Positions 1 to 10,285 are shown, counted from the stretch's first letter. The stretch is 64,000 nt of DNA from an uncultured Actinomycetota bacterium (GCA_963835085.1 CAWIED010000001.1:398474-462473); one strand, 5' to 3'. The notes: generated by a model from the letters alone, not told the origin. Numbers and translations are program-made.

Positions 1-2
1 TA

Positions 3-131
3 CCGGTCTCGGCCGAAGTCGCCGATCCGTCCACTGCGGCGATCCTGGCCCGGATGGAGCAGATCGCAAGCACCGTGCCCGCGCTGCGCGATATCGCCAT
101 CCAGTTGCACGTGCATGCTCGACCGGCTTGA
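3..131 (+). CDS. 3' end of an unidentified CDS (start lies upstream of the window)
   Basis: Frame 3 is open from the window edge to TGA 129-131. It has strong G/C third-position bias (..AILARMEQIASTVPALRDIAIQLHVHARPA*). No domain is recognisable in 42 aa. Confidence 0.35.
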   Translation, partial: PVSAEVADPSTAAILARMEQIASTVPALRDIAIQLHVHARPA

Positions 132-160
132 GCCGTTCCGCAGCAGGATTGGTAACGGCG

Positions 161-295
161 CAATCGGTCGCTCTCGCGCTGGCATTTCAATCGGCCGCTT
201 TAGCGCTGGCGTTTCGATCGGTCACTTTCGCACTAATGTCCCGATCGGTCGCTCTCGGGCTGGCGTCCCGACCGGCCGCAGCCCGACTGTCCGAC
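161..295. repeat. 27-bp tandem repeat, about 5 copies (CRATCGGYCRCTYTCGCGCTGGCRTYY)
   Basis: Units read directly at 161-187, 188-214, 215-241, 242-268 and a degenerate one at 269-295. They lie between the upstream CDS stop and the dinB start. Confidence 0.9.
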
Positions 296-315
296 CTTGA
301 TGTCAAGCTGGGCCA

Positions 316-1617
316 GTGACGAGCGGTCAGTTGAAACGAGGCGGGCGCGGAGAAGGTGCGCACCTGTCGGGTGACGACACCGGCTGCCACGTGTTGCACG
401 TCGATATGGATGCCTTCTTTGCCTCCGTCGAGCTCATCGACCGTCCGCGACTGAAAGGGCTACCGGTCATCGTGGGTGGTGCAGGTGGCCGAGGCGTGGT
501 GTTGTCGGCAACCTACGAGGCGCGTCGATACGGGGTGCACTCGGCCATGCCGATGACGCGCGCTCGCCGGCTATGCCCCACCGCGCACATCATCTCGCCC
601 GATCACACCCGGTACAGCGAGGTCAGCGCCGGGGTGATGGAGGTCTTTCGCACCATCACACCGCTCGTCGAGCCGCTCAGTCTCGACGAGGCGTTTCTCG
701 ATGTCTCCGGCGCCATCCGCCGGCTCGGGACGCCGCGCTCCATCGCCGAGCAGATCCGGGCGCGCGTGGCCGCCGAACAACGCATCACCTGCTCAGTGGG
801 TGTCTCGGCCACCAAGTTCGTCGCCAAGCTGGCCTCATCTCGTTGCAAGCCCGACGGCTTGCTGGTGATACCTGCCGACCAGACCATCGACTACCTGCAC
901 CCGCTGCCGGTCTCGGCGCTGTGGGGAGTGGGGGAGAAGACCGCCGAACGGCTCGATCGGTTGGGCCTGCGCACGGTTGGTCAACTGGCGCACACGCCGC
1001 TGACCACCTTGCATCGCAGCCTCGGCCCCGCGGCCGGTCAGCACCTGCACGATTTGGCCTGGGGGCGCGATTCGCGGCGCGTGGTGCCCGAGCACGTGGA
1101 GAAGAGCATCGGCGCCGAGCAGACCTTCGGCACCGACATCGACGACACCGAGGAGTTGCTGCGCGAGATTCTGCGGCTCTCCGAACGCAGCGCCCGACGC
1201 TTGCGGGCTGCACGCTGCACGGGTCGGACCGTCGTGCTCAAAGTGCGGTTCGCCGATTTCACCACGATCACCCGGTCGAAGACCTTGCGCGAACCCACCG
1301 ACATCACGCGGGAGATCTATGCCTGTGCCCGGGCCCTGTTCGAGGCGTTACGCCTGCAACGCGCACGAGTGCGGCTAGTGGGTGTCCGGGTAGAGGGCAT
1401 CGTCGACGGGGGCACCGAGCATCGCCAGTTGACTCTCGACGAGCGTCCGCAAGGCTGGCGCGAAGCCGAGCGTGCCGGCGACCGGGCGGTCGCCCGATTC
1501 GGGCCGGCAAGCGTGCGTCCGGCGAGTCTCATCACGGGCGCTTCCCAACGATCGTCTTCGACCTCGACCTGCCCGACAGCCGGGCTCGCGGAACTTGCGA
1601 CCGGGACGTATCGTTGA
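316..1617 (+). CDS. dinB: DNA polymerase IV (Y-family, DinB)
   Basis: 433-aa ORF with the Y-family N-terminus VLHVDMDAFFASVE..LKGLPVIVGG and SLDEAFLDV. The start (GTG 316 or a later GTG/TTG/ATG at 388-403) is uncertain. Confidence 0.9.
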   Translation: MTSGQLKRGGRGEGAHLSGDDTGCHVLHVDMDAFFASVELIDRPRLKGLPVIVGGAGGRGVVLSATYEARRYGVHSAMPMTRARRLCPTAHIISPDHTRYSEVSAGVMEVFRTITPLVEPLSLDEAFLDVSGAIRRLGTPRSIAEQIRARVAAEQRITCSVGVSATKFVAKLASSRCKPDGLLVIPADQTIDYLHPLPVSALWGVGEKTAERLDRLGLRTVGQLAHTPLTTLHRSLGPAAGQHLHDLAWGRDSRRVVPEHVEKSIGAEQTFGTDIDDTEELLREILRLSERSARRLRAARCTGRTVVLKVRFADFTTITRSKTLREPTDITREIYACARALFEALRLQRARVRLVGVRVEGIVDGGTEHRQLTLDERPQGWREAERAGDRAVARFGPASVRPASLITGASQRSSSTSTCPTAGLAELATGTYR

Positions 1618-1831
1618 ATAACTAGCACTACAGATAACAAGTTCGATTCGGGTCTACACAAGTTCGGAACTTTTCGGACTATTTGGCCTCACCGAGAGTA
1701 CTCGCGGCGCGGCCACTTGACAATTGGCGGGCAATCTCCAGTCCAGGGCGTCGGAAGGCTTGGAAGGGATCTAGGCTGTGGCTAGCCGGAGAATGGGCTT
1801 CGGCGACGTCATCAGGGGAAGGGTGTGCGCT

Positions 1832-2215
1832 GTGCCACTTTCCGAGCACGAACAGAAGTTGCTCTCGCAGATGGAGCAGCAGCTTTTGGCGGAAGACCCG
1901 CGGTTCGCATCTGCAATGCGTGGCTCCCGGGGTGGTCCTCGCGGGGGCAAGCGGCTGGCCATCGGAGCAATCGGCGTCATCGCCGGTCTGCTTCTCATCG
2001 TGGCTGCCGTCGCTCAGCAGACCCCACTCCTCGCGGTGCCAGGCTTCCTGCTCATGCTCGCCGGCGCCTCGTATGCACTATCTCGACCGAAGCTTCCGCC
2101 CACCACGGCCCAACCCGGCTCAACGTCGCCGTCTTCGCAGGCCAACACCAACGGCACCATTCTCAACCGCTTCGAAGAGCGTTGGGACCGTCGCCGCGAG
2201 CAGAACGACAACTGA
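1832..2215 (+). CDS. DUF3040 family membrane protein
   Basis: The N-terminus VPLSEHEQKLLSQMEQQLLAEDPRFA is typical of DUF3040, followed by a TM segment. GTG 1832 is preceded by GGGGAAGGG. The track ORF start at 1778 is probably too early. Confidence 0.75.
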   Translation: MPLSEHEQKLLSQMEQQLLAEDPRFASAMRGSRGGPRGGKRLAIGAIGVIAGLLLIVAAVAQQTPLLAVPGFLLMLAGASYALSRPKLPPTTAQPGSTSPSSQANTNGTILNRFEERWDRRREQNDN

Positions 2216-2364
2216 TCCTCTCCCGCCAGATATCACCCTGCCGAACTACCGCCCATCTAGGCCGTCGTGCCGTATGAGTGAGTCGACGTTCTCTGTTTCC
2301 CAGGAGTGCCTCGTGGCGCCCGGTCTGACGAGCCTTGGAGCCTAAGCAGTAGCTCGGGTCGCTC

Positions 2365-2548
2365 GGTGTTCAAACGCGCGAACAAAGACCGCGTTCGGCA
2401 TGGTAGAAGGCGGTCACCGCAGGGTTGGCTTGCGTGTGGGGTGTCAACCGCGGGGAATAGACCGCGTTCGGCATCGTGGAAGGCGGTCACCGCAGGGTTG
2501 GCCCGCTTGCAGGGTGTCAACCGCGAGAAAATGAACCACGTTCGGCAC
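2365..2548. repeat. Hairpin-repeat array, 3 units with 74-bp period (same family as 44567-45259)
   Basis: Imperfect palindromes GGTGTYMAACGCG-loop-CGCGTTCGGCAY start at 2365, 2439 and 2513. The spacers are conserved (GGAAGGCGGTCACCGCAGGGTTGGC). Confidence 0.9.
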
Positions 2549-2632
2549 ATTCCAACGTTCGCTCCCCGACCCGATCGCGGAGGAACCGGGCGAACATGAG
2601 CCCAAGCCCGACGAGCCTGCTCGACACCAGCC

Positions 2633-5068
2633 CTAGCGGCCAAACCGCTCGCGTAGCCGGTCGACCCATCGCGACAGCACAGTTGACGCCAGCTGCGGCA
2701 GGGCGCCCACGCGCCGCACGCCTGAATCGGGAAACACCCTCGCCCGCCACGCCTGACCCGCAGGCCGGGCCTTGCGCACACCCTTGAGCACCAGGTGCAC
2801 CTGTGCATGGGCCATGGCTGCATCAGCCACGTCAGGAAGCCGGCGCGCATACCGGGCCAACTCGACCTCCTGAGCCAAGTCGCGTAGTGCGTCTCGGGAG
2901 GCGTCGGCGAGGCCGGAATCGATCTCGGGCGAATCGAGTTCCCGCCCGAGCCGGCGCGCGGTCTGCCGCACGGTCGCCGTGGCGGCCACCGGTACTCCCA
3001 GATCGCCCAATTCTTCGACGAGTTCGGCCCAGGCCGCCTCCGCCCACTCCGGGGGCGAGTTGGCTCGTCGCCAACGTCTGCGCCGCGCCCATGCCGATGC
3101 CACCACCGGCGCGAGCCCGCCGCACACGATAAGCACGGCCAGCAACAGCAAGGGCCACGCCGTGCTGAACAGCGACTCCAGCGCAATCTGCCAGGCCGGT
3201 GGTTGCGAGACCGTCGCCGATGCCGTGGTGGGAGTCGGCGCTACCGACCGGGTCGGCGTGGGCGTCGCCGTCGGCGCCGGAACGCTCGGCAGACTCACGC
3301 CGGCGGTCGCCCAGTCGGGCAGGATGGGTGCCCGGCTTGCCGGCGTCGGCTCGAAGCGCACCCACCCGATGCCCTCGAAGTACAGTTCGGGCCAGGCGTG
3401 GGCATCGTCCTGACGAATCACCCAACTGCCGTTCGCGAGCTGCTGGCCTGGCAGATATCCCACCGCCACCCTGGCGGGGATCCCCAGGGTGCGCGCCATC
3501 ACCGCCATCGCCGAGGCGAAGTGCACGCAATATCCGCTGCGACGGTGCAGGAAATCGACGATCGCCGACGAACCGTTCTGCGGTGGCGCGTCGAGTGAGT
3601 ACGAGAACCCACCTGTGGAGCGGAACCAGGTCTGCAGCCGGATGGCTTTCTCGTATTCCGTGCCGGAGCCCGCTACCGCGGCGGCGGTCTGGCTGATCTC
3701 GCGGGGCGTATTGGCCGGTAGTGCCACCCACTGCGTGGCTCCCATGGCAACGGGCAGGTTCTCCAACTGCTGCTGGGTGGGGTGCACGAGGTCAGATGTG
3801 ACCTGGTACCGCATGCCCGGTTCGGTCTGCACATGGTCGCCCACGACGTTGAGCGTCTCCGGGTCGTACAACCAGTTGCCGGCCACCTGAATGCGGATGG
3901 GCGGGTAGGGAGTGGGCAACCAGTTCGCCTGCAGCCGATCGATCTGGATGCTCGTCACCGCCGTCGATCTCGGCGTGCGCGGGTCGAGTCCGGGCGGCGT
4001 CGGCAGGCCGTTCTGCACGTGGTTGCGCCGATCGAGCACACCGTAGGTGGGCTGCCAGGTGGTGCCGTCGAAGGTGTCGACGTTCACGACCCGCAGCGGC
4101 TCGGGATACGAGACCGTCGTGCGATAGCTGAGCACCTCCGCGTTGCTGCGGCTGGTCAGGTCGTCGCGCAGGTTGAAGATCGGGTTGAGGACGGCGATGG
4201 TGCCCTCGTCATCGCCTGAGCCGCCGTGGGGAAAGAGCCGGGTGTGCAGGCCGGGAATCAACGCGGGCACCATCAGTGCAACCAGCACGGCCGCGCCGAT
4301 GGCCAGTGCTCCGCCGGGCGCCGATCTGGCCCGTCGTCCACCACGGGGCCCCACCAGCCGTCCCCACTGCAACGCCTGCACGGTGTCGGTGCCGAGCAAG
4401 GTCGCCAGGTAGGCCACGCCGGCGAGCGCGAAGCTCCACCAGGGCAGGCCGTCAGGCCCCAACGCCGCGGCAGGCACCATCAGCGCGAGCAATGGCAGGC
4501 CCACGAGAGCCGGTGAGGCCACCGCCCCCACGAGCACATCGACACACCACCACGCCGCGCTCACCCCGGCCACGAGCACGAGTCTGGGCCCGGGGTCGTC
4601 GGGCAGCGGCGGCGGCAACTGGTTGATCGCCTGCCCACCCAGCCGGATCAACGCGCCCAGTTCGGTGATGCTGGACGGAGTGGGCAGCACGCGCCATATG
4701 GCCGCATCGCCGGCATAGACGATCGTCACCATCCAGGCCGTCCCGAGCAGACCGGCCAGTGAGCCGGCCCCCTGATTGGTCACCACCGCCACGGCCAGGC
4801 TGAGCGCGGCAGCCACGATGAGGACGAGGGTGAGCTCGGCCAGCCAGCGCCAGCCGGAGATCAGAGGGCTCATGGCCGTGGCGGTGACCAGTACGGCAAC
4901 GAGGGCCAGCAATCTCGCCCGGATCAGGTCGGGCAACTCCCCGCCTGGCTCAGGGCCAGAGGACGGGCCGGACGACGACGCTGAGCCGGAAGGCGACCCG
5001 GACGACGGACCCCGGCCGAAGGACGTCCCGCCGGAGCCGTTTGCCCGCCCGGAGCCAGACCGGCTCAT
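2633..5068 (-). CDS. Transglutaminase-like membrane protein (DUF3488/TgpA-type)
   Basis: Multi-TM N-terminal half plus a transglutaminase core (GYCVHFASAMAVMARTLGIPARVAVGY..DAHAWPE). ATG 5068 overlaps the DUF58 stop (ATGA). The 841-aa track ORF start at 5158 is rejected. Confidence 0.85.
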   Translation of the reverse strand: MSRSGSGRANGSGGTSFGRGPSSGSPSGSASSSGPSSGPEPGGELPDLIRARLLALVAVLVTATAMSPLISGWRWLAELTLVLIVAAALSLAVAVVTNQGAGSLAGLLGTAWMVTIVYAGDAAIWRVLPTPSSITELGALIRLGGQAINQLPPPLPDDPGPRLVLVAGVSAAWWCVDVLVGAVASPALVGLPLLALMVPAAALGPDGLPWWSFALAGVAYLATLLGTDTVQALQWGRLVGPRGGRRARSAPGGALAIGAAVLVALMVPALIPGLHTRLFPHGGSGDDEGTIAVLNPIFNLRDDLTSRSNAEVLSYRTTVSYPEPLRVVNVDTFDGTTWQPTYGVLDRRNHVQNGLPTPPGLDPRTPRSTAVTSIQIDRLQANWLPTPYPPIRIQVAGNWLYDPETLNVVGDHVQTEPGMRYQVTSDLVHPTQQQLENLPVAMGATQWVALPANTPREISQTAAAVAGSGTEYEKAIRLQTWFRSTGGFSYSLDAPPQNGSSAIVDFLHRRSGYCVHFASAMAVMARTLGIPARVAVGYLPGQQLANGSWVIRQDDAHAWPELYFEGIGWVRFEPTPASRAPILPDWATAGVSLPSVPAPTATPTPTRSVAPTPTTASATVSQPPAWQIALESLFSTAWPLLLLAVLIVCGGLAPVVASAWARRRRWRRANSPPEWAEAAWAELVEELGDLGVPVAATATVRQTARRLGRELDSPEIDSGLADASRDALRDLAQEVELARYARRLPDVADAAMAHAQVHLVLKGVRKARPAGQAWRARVFPDSGVRRVGALPQLASTVLSRWVDRLRERFGR

Positions 5069-6324
5069 CGCCGACCCGCCGAGAGCCCGAGCGCGGCGAT
5101 GGCGCTCGCCCATGCATCGGGGACGCTGTCGTTCCTGCCGTAGGTGGCCACCGCCCACCCGGCCCGGGAGAGTAGCGCGGCTGCGGCGGTCGTCGCGGCA
5201 CTGAGCTGTTCGGCGCGCGGGGCCGGCAACTCGGCCCAGTCGGCGGAGCGCATGAGCAATGCCACGCCGCGCGACTGCCTGGCCAGCGGGGTGACGAGGG
5301 CGGCGTCGACCTCACCGAGCACCGCGATCACGATCTGCGACTCGGTATGCCCGCTCACCACCTCGATCGCATCGTGCAATGCGTGGTCGGATCCGGCGGT
5401 GAGCATCGCCAACCGGTCGAGCAGGCGATCTCGGGCGACGGAGTCGTCGACGGCGTTCCAGCCCGGATCGCTGCGATCGAGCAGCAGCCGGACGTCGAAA
5501 CCGGCGTCCGCGAGGTGCTCACAGGCGGACCCGGCGGCGCTGATGGCCCATTCCAGCGACGATCGAGCCGCTTCGCCGCGGTGCCCCACCAACCGGGTGT
5601 CGAGTACCACGCTGGCCTGCAACTCCTGCGACCGTTCTTCCCGGCGCACCATCAGCTCACCCACCCGGGCCGTCGAGCGCCAGTGCACGCGACGCAGATC
5701 GTCACCTTGTCGGTACTCCCGGGTGCTCACGTCGTAGTGGCCCTCACTGGCTGCCTTCATCTGCTCGGAATCGCCGCCGCCGGGCATCATTCCCGCGCCG
5801 GTCAGAGCCTGCAGCGGGTAGAGGGTCGGCAGCACGAGCAACTGATCGTGGTCGGGTGCCATGTGCGTCGTCTGGCACATGCCCAGTGGATCGGTGAGGC
5901 CGATGCGCAGCGGGCCGAGCCGGTAGCTGCCCCGTACCGCCGGGGTGACCTGGTACCTGACGAGTACATCCTCACCCGGGGCCAGCCGGTCGACGGCGAA
6001 CCGCGGCCGCGAGCCTAGGGCGAGCGGCAGTTCCTCCTCCGCCAACAGCAGCCGAGAGACGTAGCTGCCGCGATTGGCCAATCGCAGGTGCACTGTGGTC
6101 GGGGTCGCCGGCCAGGTGCGCTCCGGAGTGACCGAGCGCTCCACTTCCACCGCCGGCCGCGAACGCAACACGCTCGCTGCGGCGATCGCCGGCACAGCCA
6201 GCACAAGCAGAGCCACCCGCAGGATGTCGCGCTCGGTGAGGCTCACCCCTGCCACCAGCAGAGCCGCACCAACCCCGACGAAGACCCGCCCTCGAAGGGT
6301 GAGGCTGCGCCAGAGCGCGTTCAT
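5065..6324 (-). CDS. DUF58 domain protein
   Basis: Contains the DUF58 signature YRQGDDLRRVHWRSTARVGELMVRREE with two N-terminal TM segments. It sits in the classical MoxR-DUF58-transglutaminase arrangement. Confidence 0.85.
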   Translation of the reverse strand: MNALWRSLTLRGRVFVGVGAALLVAGVSLTERDILRVALLVLAVPAIAAASVLRSRPAVEVERSVTPERTWPATPTTVHLRLANRGSYVSRLLLAEEELPLALGSRPRFAVDRLAPGEDVLVRYQVTPAVRGSYRLGPLRIGLTDPLGMCQTTHMAPDHDQLLVLPTLYPLQALTGAGMMPGGGDSEQMKAASEGHYDVSTREYRQGDDLRRVHWRSTARVGELMVRREERSQELQASVVLDTRLVGHRGEAARSSLEWAISAAGSACEHLADAGFDVRLLLDRSDPGWNAVDDSVARDRLLDRLAMLTAGSDHALHDAIEVVSGHTESQIVIAVLGEVDAALVTPLARQSRGVALLMRSADWAELPAPRAEQLSAATTAAAALLSRAGWAVATYGRNDSVPDAWASAIAALGLSAGRR

Positions 6325-6455
6325 GGCCGCATCATCGAAGGCCGGCCCAGGCGAGTGGTGTCAAACGCAGTCGTGGCGAGCGGGGCCCAGGTGCGACAAG
6401 GCCGCCCGGTGTGTGCCCGGGCGCCGCGCAGTGGGCCACGTTTGACACCACACAC

Positions 6456-7460
6456 CTAGCGAGCCGGGCCAGGCACGGGAACCTGGCGGAGCAGGTCGTC
6501 GACGAGATCCTGTCCGGTGATGCCCGACAGCCTGGCCTCGCCGGTAAGCATGAGCCGGTGCGCCAGCACCGTGCCGGCCAACAGCTGGACGTCATCCGGC
6601 AGCACGTGATCGCGTCCGGCCAGGGCGGCGTGCGCCTGCGCGGCCCGCAGCAGGTGCAGGCTGGCCCGCGGGGACGCCCCCAGCCGCAACTGCGAATGCC
6701 GCCGGGTGGCGGCCACCAGTTCGACGAGATACTGCTTCACCGCGGCCGAGGCATACACGCCCAGCACGCACGCGGCCAGCGATCGGATGGTCGCGGCGTC
6801 GGTCACCGGCCGCAGTTGCTCCAGCGGATCGGCGTCGTCGCGGCTGTCGAGCATCGCGAGCTCCGCCTGCGCAGAGGGATACCCCATCGACACCCAGCCC
6901 ATGAACCGGTCGCGCTGGGCTTCGGGCAGCGGGTAGGTGCCGCTCATCTCCACCGGGTTCTGGGTGGCGATCACCATGAAGGGCTGTTCGAGACGGTACG
7001 TGGTGCCGTCGACCGTGACCTGACGTTCTTCCATACACTCCAGCAGAGCCGACTGGGTCTTGGGCGAGGCACGGTTGATCTCGTCGCCCACCACGATGTT
7101 GGCGAACACCGCACCGGGCTTGAACTCGAAGTCGCGGGAATCGGTGTTGAAAATGCTCACCCCGGTGACGTCGCTCGGCAACAGATCAGGCGTGAACTGA
7201 ATGCGCCGCACCGAGCAGTCGATGGCCCTGGCCAGCGCCTTGGCCAGCATCGTCTTGCCCACTCCGGGCACGTCTTCGACCAGCAGGTGCCCGCCCGCAA
7301 GCAGCACCGTCAGGACGGCGTGGATCACGTCGGGCTTGCCCTCGATCACCGACTCCATCGCCAGGCGTACGCCTGCGCTGACCTCGGCAAGCTCTTGCAG
7401 CGTGGCCGGCGTGAGCGGCTGCGGGGGATAGGTCGTCACGAGCGTCCCTTCTGCTGGCAT
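6456..7460 (-). CDS. MoxR-family AAA+ ATPase
   Basis: Walker A (VPGVGKTMLAKALA) and MoxR-like core (ATQNPVEMSGTYPLPEAQRDRF). The start is taken at ATG 7460 (MPAEGT..). The upstream 84 codons of the track ORF look non-coding. Confidence 0.85.
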   Translation of the reverse strand: MPAEGTLVTTYPPQPLTPATLQELAEVSAGVRLAMESVIEGKPDVIHAVLTVLLAGGHLLVEDVPGVGKTMLAKALARAIDCSVRRIQFTPDLLPSDVTGVSIFNTDSRDFEFKPGAVFANIVVGDEINRASPKTQSALLECMEERQVTVDGTTYRLEQPFMVIATQNPVEMSGTYPLPEAQRDRFMGWVSMGYPSAQAELAMLDSRDDADPLEQLRPVTDAATIRSLAACVLGVYASAAVKQYLVELVAATRRHSQLRLGASPRASLHLLRAAQAHAALAGRDHVLPDDVQLLAGTVLAHRLMLTGEARLSGITGQDLVDDLLRQVPVPGPAR

Positions 7461-7781
7461 CGGCTCCGGTGCCTGGCTCCGGGGCGTGCGGTCGGGCCCT
7501 GTCGGCCGGTAGCTGCGGGCCCGGTCCGAGCGCCTGAAACGACGGTACGCGAGGAAGCCGCAGGCCGGGCGTCGAGGCTCGGACCATACCTCCCCACTTT
7601 GCCCCACCCCGCCGAGCCAGAGAGCCGGCCGGCCCCTTAAACCAGACAAAACGGCTGGGAACACGGTTCGAGACAAGCCCGACGCGGGCTTGGAACGACG
7701 CTCGTTCTCCACGGCTCACCGCGTTTCTGACCTGCGGGAATACGGCGGTGACGCGGCCAGATCGTTATCGATGCGTGATTC

Positions 7782-7807
7782 GTGGGGCGAAGTGGGGTAA
7801 TGTGGAG
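7782..7807 (+). promoter_or_regulatory. Candidate MraZ operator: three direct GTGG(G/A)G boxes in 10-bp phase
   Basis: GTGGGG 7782-7787, GTGGGG 7792-7797 and GTGGAG 7802-7807 lie 49 bp upstream of the mraZ ATG. This resembles the three phased TGGGN repeats bound by E. coli MraZ. Confidence 0.55.
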
Positions 7808-7855
7808 GACATCGGAGCGGCAGAGCTTCAATCGGTGCGTGAGGGGAGGCCCCGG

Positions 7856-8287
7856 ATGTTCCTCGGGACCTACTCGCCGCGTCTGGACGAGAAGGGCCGA
7901 TTGATCCTGCCGGCCAAGTTCCGTGACCAGCTCGCCGAGGGTGTGGTGGTCACCAGGGGTCAGGAGCGGTGCTTGTTCGTGTTTCCCATTCAGGAGTTCG
8001 AGCGGATCCACGAACAGCTGCGTCAGGCTCCGGTCTCGAGCAAGAGCGCTCGCGACTACCTGCGTGTCTTCCTCTCTGGGGCCTCCGACGAGGTGCCCGA
8101 CCGGCAGGGGCGCATCACCATTGCGACCAATCTGCGCACCTACGCCAGCCTCGATCGCGACTGTGCCGTCATCGGCGCCGGCTCGCGGGTAGAGATCTGG
8201 GACGCGGGTGCCTGGCAGACCTACCTCGCCGAGCAGGAGAACGCCTTCGCCTCGGTGGCGGAGGAGGTCATTCCTGGCCTCGTCTGA
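7856..8287 (+). CDS. mraZ: Transcriptional regulator MraZ
   Basis: [23 protein letters not shown].. contains two SpoVT/AbrB-like repeats, 143 aa. It is the first gene of the dcw cluster. Confidence 0.95.
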   Translation: MFLGTYSPRLDEKGRLILPAKFRDQLAEGVVVTRGQERCLFVFPIQEFERIHEQLRQAPVSSKSARDYLRVFLSGASDEVPDRQGRITIATNLRTYASLDRDCAVIGAGSRVEIWDAGAWQTYLAEQENAFASVAEEVIPGLV

Positions 8288-8450
8288 ACACCCTTCCCCA
8301 GCCAGAGCCCGATCGCCGTTCGATGAGGTCTCCAGCCGTCGAGCAGTCCTGACGCACCTTCCCCGGTGTCAGGCCTGACACGACGGAGGGAGACCTGAGC
8401 GAGCGAGCCCGATGCCGATTCCGCACGCCCTCCCACCCCAAGGACACCGC

Positions 8451-9491
8451 ATGCCCGATCCCGCGCGTTTGCACGTTCCCGTGCTGCTCGACGCGTGCGT
8501 GGAGTTGCTCGCTCCTGCTCTGACCGTGGGCACTCGCGAGGGGCAGGGGGCCCGGCAGAGCGTCATGCTCGATGCCACCCTCGGCCTCGGAGGGCACAGT
8601 GAGGCCCTGCTCCAGCGCTTTCCCGAGCTGCGCCTGATCGGCATCGACCGCGACCCTGACGCGCTAGAGCTGGCCGGTCGGCGACTGGCCGGATTCGGTG
8701 ACCGGGTGAGCCTCGTGCATGCGGTGTACGACGAGATCGACGACGTGTTGTCCGATCTCGGTCTCCAGGAGATCGATGGGGTGCTGTTCGATCTGGGGGT
8801 CTCGTCCCTGCAGCTCGACAACGATGTCCGCGGCTTCTCCTACTCCCGCGACACCGTCCTCGACATGCGGATGGACGCCACGACCGGCCCCACAGCGGCC
8901 GACGTGCTCAACACCTACTCCGCCGCCGATCTCTCCCGCGTGCTCTTCGAATTCGGCGAGGAGCGGTTCGCGCGCCGGATCGCGGCAGCCGTCGTGGCCG
9001 AGCGCGAGCGGGAGCCGTTCAGCGGCAGCGCCCGGCTCGTCGATCTCGTGCGCAGCGCGGTGCCGGCCGCAACCCGGCGCGTGGGCGGCAACCCTGCCAA
9101 GCGCACCTTCCAGGCCCTGCGGATCGAGGTCAACCAGGAGCTGGCGGTGTTGCGCCGGGCCCTTCCGGCTGCGGTGCAGGCCCTGGCCGTGAACGGTCGC
9201 ATCGTGGTGATGTCGTATCAGTCGCTCGAAGACCGGATCACGAAACGGGTTCTGGCGCAAGGTGCTACGAGCACCGCACCACCCGGGCTGCCGTTCGAGC
9301 CCGAGGAGCACGCGCCCGTCCTGGAGTTGTTGACCCGAGGCGCACAGCAGGCGAGCCCCGCAGAGATCGAGGCCAACCCGCGTGCGGCTTCCGTGCGACT
9401 GCGCGCTGCGCGCAAGCTGCGACGAAGTGCCCCGCCGCCGTCGAATCCGCCCCGCAACCAGCACCGCACTCGTCGAAGGAGAGCCGCATGA
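8451..9491 (+). CDS. rsmH: 16S rRNA (cytosine1402-N4)-methyltransferase RsmH
   Basis: [37 protein letters not shown] motifs. ATG 8451 is preferred; the track start at 8412 is also possible. Confidence 0.93.
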   Translation: MPDPARLHVPVLLDACVELLAPALTVGTREGQGARQSVMLDATLGLGGHSEALLQRFPELRLIGIDRDPDALELAGRRLAGFGDRVSLVHAVYDEIDDVLSDLGLQEIDGVLFDLGVSSLQLDNDVRGFSYSRDTVLDMRMDATTGPTAADVLNTYSAADLSRVLFEFGEERFARRIAAAVVAEREREPFSGSARLVDLVRSAVPAATRRVGGNPAKRTFQALRIEVNQELAVLRRALPAAVQALAVNGRIVVMSYQSLEDRITKRVLAQGATSTAPPGLPFEPEEHAPVLELLTRGAQQASPAEIEANPRAASVRLRAARKLRRSAPPPSNPPRNQHRTRRRRAA

Positions 9492-10285
9492 GCACGGCAC
9501 CAGTTGCCAAGAACCTCACCGGTTCGTCGGGTCGCGGGCGCGTTGCCGGAGCCAGGGCGGCAGCGCTTCGGCCCGCCCTCCGGCTGCTCACGCCGCCGCT
9601 GGCGCGGCAGCGGCGACCGAGCTTCGTCGGCGTCTGCGCGCTGCTCATGGTCGCCTGCCTGGGGGCTCTGCTCGCCATCAACATCGTGCTGTCCCGGGGC
9701 GCCTACACCGAACAGAAGCTGACCCTCAAGCAGGCTGCGCTGGCCGAGACCCAGGAGGCGCTGGCCGAGAAGGTGGCCCACGACAGCGCGCCCGACGTGC
9801 TCTCGCAGAAGGCGCGCGATCTCGGCATGATCCCCAATTCCTCACCTGCTTTCGTCAAGCTCTCGGACGGGACGATCCTCGGCGTTCCGACACCGGCGAC
9901 GGTGGCCGGCGCGCCGGCTTCGTCCGATCTCACTCAGGCTGCGGCCGGCTCGCAGCAACCGGCCGGCACCGATCCGGCAGCGCAGGGGGCAGGGGCTGCC
10001 GACCCGAACGCGGCCGGTACGCCTGCGGACGCCGCTGCGAGTACCCCGTCTGCCAGCAGCGGATCTATCGACAGCGACTCGGCAGGCGGCAACTCGGCAG
10101 CCAGCGGGTCTGCCAGCACCCCGTCGGCGGGAGCCAGCGACGGTGCCGTCGTGGTGCCGCAGTCCGCAACCGCCGACTCGGCTGCGCCGACCTCCGCAGC
10201 CCCGGACGATCCGGCGACCGGCACACTTCCCTCTGCGACACCAGTGACCGGTGACGATGCGGCGCAGGTGGGGGCGGGCCAGTGA
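9488..10285 (+). CDS. ftsL: FtsL-like cell-division membrane protein with low-complexity C-terminal tail
   Basis: Single TM ([23 protein letters not shown]), then a short coiled segment and an Ala/Ser/Asp/Gly-rich tail. It occupies the rsmH-ftsI position. ATGA/GTGA overlaps are present at both ends. Confidence 0.6.
   Translation: MSTAPVAKNLTGSSGRGRVAGARAAALRPALRLLTPPLARQRRPSFVGVCALLMVACLGALLAINIVLSRGAYTEQKLTLKQAALAETQEALAEKVAHDSAPDVLSQKARDLGMIPNSSPAFVKLSDGTILGVPTPATVAGAPASSDLTQAAAGSQQPAGTDPAAQGAGAADPNAAGTPADAAASTPSASSGSIDSDSAGGNSAASGSASTPSAGASDGAVVVPQSATADSAAPTSAAPDDPATGTLPSATPVTGDDAAQVGAGQ

Noticed and set aside
1637-1680. Possible SOS/LexA box downstream of dinB (direct ACAAGTTCG repeats at 1637 and 1657; palindrome AGTTCGGAACT).
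   Set aside because: It does not fit the actinobacterial LexA consensus TCGAAC-N4-GTTCGA; the half-sites have the wrong spacing and orientation. It also lies after dinB rather than in its promoter. It is kept only as an unexplained AT-rich spacer feature.
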